NCBI GenBank assembly: GCA_036229005.1
Contig: JAZAMN010000052.1
Location: forward strand, 160,001 to 224,000
Origin: Myxococcota bacterium
GTDB lineage: Bacteria; Myxococcota_A; UBA796; CAJQPC01
DNA length: 64,000 nt
Direction of reading: 5' to 3'
In this document: in pieces, positions 11,544 to 18,563 of the stretch
Layout: the number at the start of each line of letters is the position of its first letter
How positions within the stretch are numbered: the stretch's first letter is position 1
Translations under genes and position numbers: made by a program
Notes under the pieces: model-generated
What the model was told of the DNA's origin: nothing
The model's input: only the letters and a program-made list of their open reading frames with translations
Databases searched by the model: none

Positions 11544-11917
11544 TGGGTCTCCCCACAGATGTAGAAGGGAGCCGGCTCGTCCTCGTTGTAGGTGGTCAGA
11601 TCTGGAGACGCGTAGCACTCCACGTCTTCCCAGAGCTTGTAGGCCTCTCTGGCCGCGCACCAGTCAAAGCACCAGCCCTGATCAGGGCCGTCGTAGATGG
11701 CGCTGTTCGCCTGCCCCAGGTAGTTCACGCACTCGTAGTAGTCCAGATCTGGCTCGACGCACTCGATCAGGTAGAGACAGTGCTCCTTGTGCCAACGCAT
11801 GAGGAACCGAGTGATGTCGCCTGGCTCGGAGCAGTCCTGGGGCGCGGTGTCGACGCTTTCCTCCATCAAATCGATAGAAGCCGAGTCGCCACATGCGAAA
11901 TACAAGAAAAACCACAT
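11534..11917 (-). CDS. Cys-rich small lipoprotein (paralog 1)
   Basis: MWFFLYFAC; 8 mature Cys; CFDWCAARE; starts 2 nt after the FG-GAP gene stop. Confidence 0.75.
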   Translation of the reverse strand: MWFFLYFACGDSASIDLMEESVDTAPQDCSEPGDITRFLMRWHKEHCLYLIECVEPDLDYYECVNYLGQANSAIYDGPDQGWCFDWCAAREAYKLWEDVECYASPDLTTYNEDEPAPFYICGETQWP

Positions 11918-11919
11918 GA

Positions 11920-14272
11920 CTACTGATCCTCGCACACGCTCTCAGATATCCTCACACCATCGGCCGGAATCTGTGGAGGGTTTCCGGTCGTCCCATCCAC
12001 CGGCGAGTACTCATCACAGTCGGCGCCCCCAGCACCAGTGAACTTGAACGAACAGCCCACGCCTTTCCGCTCCGCGGAGATATGGGCCCACACGTCTCCG
12101 GGCCAGTCGATCTGCACATCCAGTTCTACCTCATTGGTGGCGGCTGAGATAACCTCAATGCTCACCGTCGCAGTCGCATTGCGAAGATCTGTCTCTGAGT
12201 CCTCCGCCAGGATTGCCAAGAGACCCTCATCCAAGCTGTCGAGGATGATGTCACCAACCGGGACATCCGTCCATACGTAGGAGTTGGTCGAAGAATCAAA
12301 GGCCCCAGAGCATGTGTCCGGTAGGTACAACGAAGTTCCCGACGGAATGGAATTCGCGGCATACTGAATCTGGTCCACTTCGCCCAAGGCCACAGCCGCC
12401 GAAAGGAGGGCGTCGCAACCGATTCCATAGTTCACACTCGTATCCAGCAAGTCCATCATGCACGGCTCAGAGCCGCCCGCCTCAGACACGTTCAGATACA
12501 GAGGCTTCTGAAACAGGACCACGGTCTCCCCAGCGTCCTCCCAGACCACGATCTCCGCAGTTCTGTCGACGAACTCAGTAGTATCTTCTTTCCACTTCTG
12601 AGTATCCACCTTCCACCAGCCAGTGAGCTCGGGACAAGCCCCGATAGATGAGGTGTTGGTCGCGGTAGCGCGTGTAAGCGCGGGCATATCATTGGCCGGC
12701 TGCGAAATGACCAAATCACCCCACAGGCGCTCTGCGATATAGCCGCTGGACATGCTCTCGCCGAAGCGATAGCCGGGGCCACCAAAGGGATCCACCACGG
12801 CCGACACAAAGCCCGTTGGGTCGAGACCGTCGGGCTGAGCAGCGAAAAGGGCCACCGCTCCTTGGTCCGAACCCATTCCCGGGATGCCGACTGCGATGTC
12901 GTTGAGCAGCGACGCGTCTGAATAGTACTGCCCGTTCTTGTCAGATGCGACAAAGTTTCCGACAGCTACAGACTCTCCGAGTCGATTGCCGGACGAGGAC
13001 AGCCCAATGGAGGACCCAGTAAGACAGGTGGTCGACTGCACGGCGAGGAGGGAAGCCTCAGCGAAGTCCGTGTCGATCAAGAACTGGCACACGGCACCAG
13101 CGTCTGGCTTGGTCGTCCCATAGGTCACGTCGTATCCAGGTATGCCGACCAAGAGGCCATGCTTCTTGGTCATCAACTCGTCATCTGGGGAGTAGATGAT
13201 CGGGCCGCTCGCCAGGGAATGACCAAAGTCATCGTCCATCGGGCTACTGTCAAGTGATGTATCTCCATTCCGTCTGACGTTCAGCCCGATGGGGTAGACG
13301 GGGGTCGAGACGCCATAGCCCCCCTGCCCCCGGAACACCCAGACGGCTCCTCCACTTGTTCCGTACGGCGCAGCGACAATCAGGTCCGGCCAGCCCTGTC
13401 CGTCATTGTCAACGTTGTCTACGATGATCTCCGAGCCAAACCCCCAGTGGTCGGTGGGGTTGGGGTTGGGGATGCTCATTACCCAAGTGAATGGACTCGA
13501 TCCCCGCTCCGCTGCTGTGGGGTCGACCTCGAAGATCTCTACACGCTCGTCTCCGGGAGCCCCAACGGCGATCCACTCCGGTGCCAGCTCTGCTCGGTCC
13601 CATGGCGCATCCTCGTCAACCTCGTCTCGACTGGCGATGGCGATGGCGGCACCAAACTCAGAGCCCAGCATGGGAGTGGGGTCAACGACCTCGCCCGCAT
13701 AGACCAGAATGGGCTCAACAGACGGGTCATTGTTCGGCTCAAATAGGTATACACCACCAACAGTGGAGCCTGTCCCGGTATCAGGAGCCCCAATTAACAG
13801 CTCTTCGCCACAGGCGTAATCCGGTCCCCCCGGCCATGCCTCCCGGCAGTCATTGATGTTCCCTGCAGCCAACTCCGCTCCAAACTGATACTCAACGCCA
13901 CCAGACGCTCCCCCGAAAACGGCCGGTACGTCTGACGGCACAATCTGCATGACATTGGCACTGGAGCCATCGAATTGCGAGCTCGACAGGTTGGCTTCCA
14001 TGATCTGAACGAAGCCTTCGAGGTCACCGTCAGGTGCAGATCCAAGAGCCACCAGACGCAGCGCGTCCGGTTCAGCGGGGGAAGATCCCACACTAAGGAT
14101 AGCGCTTGCAGCACCAAGCTCCATCGAGTGAGAGTAGGGAGAAGAGATCCCCGCCGCGTAGTCTCCAATGTCCGGTTCGCACAGGAGCGGATCTACCCCC
14201 TGCGCTGGCTCGTCCACGCCGTTGTCTCTACAGGCGAGAAGAGAAGAGAAGAGAAGAGAAGAGAAGATTCAT
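11920..14272 (-). CDS. FG-GAP/integrin-alpha repeat lipoprotein, frameshifted in a (TTCTC)6 tract in its signal peptide (putative phase-variable, OFF)
   Basis: Body has FGAELAAG, LLIGAP, FGSEIIV, LIVAAP, IAVGIPG and FGES repeats. ATG 14272 currently reads MNLLFSSLLFSSRL*, whereas the body frame extends upstream as L-A-C-R-D-N-G-V-D-E. Confidence 0.8.
14236..14265 (-). repeat. Simple sequence repeat (TTCTC)6 [(GAGAA)6 on +]
   Basis: Six perfect pentamers between ATG-AAT-C and the GCC-TGT (Ala-Cys) lipobox codons. Confidence 0.95.
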
Positions 14273-14361
14273 CACGCCCCCAACGGAGTCTTCAAGGTGT
14301 TCTCCGAGAGTAGAACTCACCTCGCCCACCCAGTCAAGGAGACTTGCATCACCGTCAAACC

Positions 14362-15321
14362 TCACCCTGCCAGCGCCCCCCCACAGCTCGACCCCGCCCC
14401 CGCCGTACACCCCAGACAGTGCCGGGCCACCGCGATGCCCTCCCCCTGGAGTTGGGCCACGTCGTCCAGCTCGAAGAGGGTCCGGGGCCCGTTGGGGAGG
14501 GGCATCTCCAGCATCTGGTTGAAGTCGCAGTCGTAGAGGTTGCCCTGCCAGTCCACGCTGATCAGGTGTCGACACATCAGGCCGGGCAGGGTCGCGGGGT
14601 TGAAGCTGGAGCGCAACAGGTGCAGGTAGTCGTCCAGCTTGCCCTGCCGCTTGAGCTGGCGTTCAAAGCGCGCAATGGGCATGTTGGCCAGGGTCAGCAG
14701 GTCGTTGAAGACCACGCCGTGGTCACGCAGCAGGCGCAGGCTGTAGTCGGCCTGCAGGCCGGCCTGGGAGCCGGGCAGGAAGGCGCCGCCGGGGTTGTAG
14801 ACCAGGTCCAGGGCCAGGCCGCTCCCGGGCTTGCCGTAGCCCAGGCGGTTGAGGGTCCGAAGCCCGTCGATGGAGCGCTCGAAGACGCCCTTGCCGCGCT
14901 GCTTGTCGACGTTGTCCTGGGTGTAGCAGGGCAGGCTCGCCACGATCTGGACGCCATTGTCGGCCAGGAACTGTGCGAGGTCCTCCTGGCCCGGCTCCGA
15001 GAGGATGGTCAGGTTGCAGCGGTCGGTGACCTTGCGGTCCAGTGACCTCGCCGAGACGACGAGTCGCCGAAAGTGGGGGTTGAGCTCGGGAGCCCCGCCG
15101 GTGAGGTCCAGGTGCTCCAGCGCCGGGTTCTGCTCCAGCACCTCAATCACCCGGTCGATGGTGCGCGCGTCCATCATCTCGGTGCGCGCAGGCGAGGCGT
15201 CCACGTGGCAGTGGGTGCAGGCCTGGTTGCACTTGCGGCCCAGGTTGACCTGAAGCCAGGAGGGCAGCGCGCGGGTCAGCGGAGGCAGGCCGTTGGCAGT
15301 GAGGGTGGCTGAGAAAGACAT
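14362..15321 (-). CDS. arsS: Arsenosugar-biosynthesis-type radical SAM protein (ArsS family)
   Basis: LQVNLGRKCNQACTHCHVDASP, DLTGGAPE, DRCNLTIL, YDCDFNQML, C-terminal HCLGCTAGAGSSCGG. Confidence 0.85.
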   Translation of the reverse strand: MSFSATLTANGLPPLTRALPSWLQVNLGRKCNQACTHCHVDASPARTEMMDARTIDRVIEVLEQNPALEHLDLTGGAPELNPHFRRLVVSARSLDRKVTDRCNLTILSEPGQEDLAQFLADNGVQIVASLPCYTQDNVDKQRGKGVFERSIDGLRTLNRLGYGKPGSGLALDLVYNPGGAFLPGSQAGLQADYSLRLLRDHGVVFNDLLTLANMPIARFERQLKRQGKLDDYLHLLRSSFNPATLPGLMCRHLISVDWQGNLYDCDFNQMLEMPLPNGPRTLFELDDVAQLQGEGIAVARHCLGCTAGAGSSCGGALAG

Positions 15322-15389
15322 CCAAGGCTCCAAAGGGGCGAGGATGCCACGGAGGGGGGCGGGTTGCGGGGGGAGGCGCGGCTGGGCGC

Positions 15390-16005
15390 TGCGCGGCCGG
15401 GGTCAGGGGCCGGGGCTCAGGAGTCAGGTATCAGGTATCAGGACGGCTCGGGAGGGCTCGGCGACAGGCGACAGGCGACAGGCGACAGGCATGACGGAGA
15501 GCCAGGTGCAGGCGGTGAGGCTCTGACCGGCAGCGCATCACGCGGGGGCGGCTTCAGCGCCGGCGCTGGGCGGCCGGGGTCAGGGGCCGGGGCTCAGGAG
15601 TCAGGATCGGGTCTCAGGAGTCAGGTATCAGGTATCGGGCATCACGCCGGGGCAGGGTCCAGCGCCGACTCTGGCCCGGGCTGGCAGCACTTGCCGCCAC
15701 CTCCGGCGCCTCCCCTGCCCCAGAGTAGGCTGCCACCCCCAAACCTCACCTTCCACCTACGTCATCGCCGGTTGCCGGTCGCCGGTCGCCAGTCGCCGCC
15801 CAACACCTGACCTCCGATACCTGATACCTGATACCCACCCCGCACCAACGTCGGCTGCCACGCCCAAACCACCCCTTCCTCCTGCGTCATCGCCGGTCGC
15901 CAGTCGCCGCCCGACACCTGACCTCCGATACCTGATACCCGATACCCACCCGCCCCCAACGTAGGCTGCCACCCCCAAACCGACCCTTCCTCCTACGTCA
16001 TCGCC
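15390..16005. repeat. Composite heptamer-built intergenic repeat cluster
   Basis: 36-nt direct repeats at 15393 and 15570; (GGCGACA)4 at 15460-15487; TCAGGTA runs; three units starting GT(A/C)GGCTGCCAC at 15725, 15850, 15961 that contain GGTCGCC and GATACCT heptamers. Confidence 0.9.
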
Positions 16006-16034
16006 TATGACTGTTTTTGGTGGTTTTCCACCTG

Positions 16035-16210
16035 CACGCACAGCACCCCATCACCTACAAGTCGCCCGCCCCGTTGAGGGCTAGGACCGGACCCGGGATG
16101 GGGTGCTGCTGTGGGCAAGAGGGCCTTAGTGATGCCTTGTCCCACGACCGATGTTGACAACGGACCTGTCGGAGAACTTCATAGGCGCGCCCCACATGCC
16201 CACAGCAGCG
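16035..16210 (+). ncRNA. Predicted IS110 bridge RNA (target-binding loop followed by donor-binding loop)
   Basis: Stem 16041-16052/16097-16108 encloses AGTCGCC and GGACCGG (reverse complement of the right flank CCGGTCC). Stem 16109-16117/16197-16205 encloses TAGTGATG (= right end 17500-17507) and TCATAGG (reverse complement of left end CCTATGA). Exact RNA ends are unknown. Confidence 0.8.
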
Positions 16211-16231
16211 TGCTCCAACACAGGAGCATTC

Positions 16232-17479
16232 GTGATCTATCTGGGAATCGACTGGAGCAAGTCAGAAATCGTCGTCGCAGTCAGCCAGGGGGGCGCTAAG
16301 CCCCGGCATCTGGGCAGCTTCGACCGCAGCCGAAAGGGGGTTGAGGGGCTCGTCAGGCGCCTTCGAAAGCAGGGCGCGTGTGGAGCTGATGCCATCGTCG
16401 GCGTGATCGAAGCGGGGGCGCCAGGGTGGCAGGCGCTGCTGCATGACGCGGGCATCGAGCTCCACGTCGCAGACCCCAAGCAGGCCAAGTCCTTCGCGGC
16501 CTCGCTGGGCTCCTCGGGTGCAAAGGACGACCGCCGAGACGCCGCTGCCCTGTGCCTGATGGCCCAGAGTCCGGTGCATCGTGGGGAGCGCTGGACGCCG
16601 CACGCCGGCGTGCACGCGCAGCTGGTGGTGCTGTCCAAGGGGCACCAGACCCTCAGTGAAGAGAGCACACGCGCGCGCCAGCGCCTCCGCGCCCTCCTCC
16701 GAGAGGAGAACACGGCGGTGGAGGCGCTGATCCGAAGCCTCGACGTCCACTGGTGTCACGCGCTGCTCCAGGCCTACCCCACCGCCTGGCACCTGGCGGC
16801 AGCCACCCCGGAAGCGCTCGATGCAGTCCTGGGTGGGACGCGCTGCCCAATGGACAAGCGCGCGGCGCTTGTCCAGGTCCTCGCCGATGCCCGCAGGTCG
16901 TCCTGGCAGTCCGAGGGACTGGCCCAGGTGCAGGGGTTGGTCATCCAGCAGTTGCTCACCCAGGTCTCCCTCCTCAAGGCCCAGCTCAAGGTCCTCGACG
17001 ACCGGATCGACGCCTGCCTGCAGCAGCTCACTGAGGCACAGCACATCATGCAGATCAATGGCATCGGCCGGCAGCTGACAGCGCGGATCCTGCGCTTTCT
17101 GGGGCCTCTCGAGGGCTCTGGGCAACGGGACCACGCGTCCATCGCGCTGGGCGTTGCGCCGGTGTTCCAGGGCTCGGGGACGGACCGGATGGGTCGGCCC
17201 AAAGGGCAGGTGCGAATGCGGAAGTCAGTCGACCCGCACGCGCGCGCCACGGGCTATCTGCTGGGGCGCCTGGCGACGCAGAACCTGGACTGGGCGCGGG
17301 CCAAGTACGCGGACGCGCTGGCGCGCGGCAAGAACTCAGCGACCGCGTACCGCATCGTCGCCCGCAGCATGCTGCGCATCATCACGGCAATCCAGAAGAC
17401 AGGGCAGCCCTACGACCACGACCGCTACGTGCGGCGCTTGAAGGCCAACGGCGTGCCGTGGGCGATGGGCCTTGGGTGA
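16232..17479 (+). CDS. IS110-family DEDD transposase/recombinase
   Basis: GTG start after AGGAG; YLGIDWSK, VIEAG, AKDDRRDA (DEDD); INGIG; GVAPVFQGSG (catalytic Ser region); A.A...VAR. Confidence 0.92.
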   Translation: MIYLGIDWSKSEIVVAVSQGGAKPRHLGSFDRSRKGVEGLVRRLRKQGACGADAIVGVIEAGAPGWQALLHDAGIELHVADPKQAKSFAASLGSSGAKDDRRDAAALCLMAQSPVHRGERWTPHAGVHAQLVVLSKGHQTLSEESTRARQRLRALLREENTAVEALIRSLDVHWCHALLQAYPTAWHLAAATPEALDAVLGGTRCPMDKRAALVQVLADARRSSWQSEGLAQVQGLVIQQLLTQVSLLKAQLKVLDDRIDACLQQLTEAQHIMQINGIGRQLTARILRFLGPLEGSGQRDHASIALGVAPVFQGSGTDRMGRPKGQVRMRKSVDPHARATGYLLGRLATQNLDWARAKYADALARGKNSATAYRIVARSMLRIITAIQKTGQPYDHDRYVRRLKANGVPWAMGLG

Positions 17480-17510
17480 GATTTGGGTGGACGAAACGGT
17501 AGTGATGTCC

Positions 17511-17600
17511 GGTCCGGTCCCCAGTCGCCGGTCTCCGGTCGCCGCTCCCCTGCAGGGCCCCACCGATACCCGATACCCGACACCCGACACCCGATACCCG
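17511..17600. repeat. Continuation of the heptamer repeat unit to the right of the IS110
   Basis: CCAGTCGCCGGTCTCCGGTCGCC, then GATACCC/GACACCC x5. Confidence 0.85.
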
Positions 17601-17690
17601 GGCTGCCCGACCTGAACAGCCGGTCACACACTTGTTGGGTCCGGTCCCCCGCCGAGTCGGTTAGGGCCGGAGACCCAAAGCGAGGAACGA

Positions 17691-18560
17691 ATGAACTTCC
17701 AGGACCTGATCCTGGCCCTGCAGCGCTACTGGGGCGCCCAGGGCTGCGCAGTTCTCCAGCCCCTGGACGTCGAAGTCGGCGCCGGCACCTTCCACCCGGC
17801 CACCTTCCTGCGAAGCCTCGGCCCCAAGCCCTGGCGCTGCGTCTACGTTCAGCCCTGCCGCCGTCCCGGTGATGCGCGCTACGGCGAGAACCCCAACCGG
17901 CTCGGCCACTACTACCAGCTCCAGGTGCTGATCAAGCCCAGCCCCGAGAACATCCAGGAGCTCTACCTGGGCTCGCTGGAGGCCATCGGCATCGACCTGT
18001 CCAAGCACGACGTGCGCTTCGTCCACGACGACTGGGAGAGCCCCACCCTGGGCGCCTGGGGTCTGGGCTGGGAGGTCTGGCTGGATGGCATGGAGGTCAC
18101 CCAGTACACCTACTTCCAGCAGTGCGGCGGCCACGATCTCGGCCCCATCAGCGTCGAGCTGACCTACGGCCTGGAGCGCCTGGCCATGTACCTGCAGAAG
18201 GTGGACAACATCTTCGATCTCACCTGGGTCGACGGCATCTCCTACCGGGACGTCTACCTGGAGAACGAGAAGCAGCAGTCGGCCTACAACTTCGAGCACA
18301 GCACGGTCGAGGCGTTGCTGGCGAACTTCGACTTCGCCCAGTCCGAGTGCAAGCAGCTCGCCGAGAAGGGCCTGGCTCTGCCGGCCTACGACTACGCCTG
18401 CAAGGCCTCGCACCTCTTCAACCTGCTGGACGCCCGCGGCGCCATCTCCGTCGCCGAGCGCGCCCAGTACATCAAGCGCATCCGGGATCTGGCCTGCGCG
18501 TGCGCAGACGCCTACGTCGAGACCGAGTCCGGCACCACCCCCGCGCAGCAGGAGGCCTGA
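17691..18560 (+). CDS. glyQ: Glycine--tRNA ligase alpha subunit
   Basis: [58 protein letters not shown]. Confidence 0.98.
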   Translation: MNFQDLILALQRYWGAQGCAVLQPLDVEVGAGTFHPATFLRSLGPKPWRCVYVQPCRRPGDARYGENPNRLGHYYQLQVLIKPSPENIQELYLGSLEAIGIDLSKHDVRFVHDDWESPTLGAWGLGWEVWLDGMEVTQYTYFQQCGGHDLGPISVELTYGLERLAMYLQKVDNIFDLTWVDGISYRDVYLENEKQQSAYNFEHSTVEALLANFDFAQSECKQLAEKGLALPAYDYACKASHLFNLLDARGAISVAERAQYIKRIRDLACACADAYVETESGTTPAQQEA

Positions 18561-18563
18561 GCC

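Larger units (their letters stand above)
16004..17510 (+). mobile_element. IS110-family insertion sequence with CC core dinucleotide
   Basis: Interrupts the third repeat unit at GTCATCG-CC (16004-5), and the repeat resumes after CC (17509-10) with GGTCC; long left non-coding end, short right end; DEDD recombinase; no terminal inverted repeats or target-site duplication beyond the core. Confidence 0.9.

Noticed and set aside
14380..14388. Selenocysteine in ArsS
   Set aside because: The codon is TGT (Cys), and the ORF continues to a normal stop.
15725..16005. CRISPR array or coding repeat (ORFs 15364-15810, 15757-16041, 51195-51527)
   Set aside because: The units are similar along their whole length with no unique spacers, and the translations are heptamer-derived low-complexity artefacts.
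16151..16231. ATG 16151 as the transposase start
   Set aside because: It lies inside the predicted donor-binding loop; GTG 16232 has an SD and sits right before the family's GID motif.
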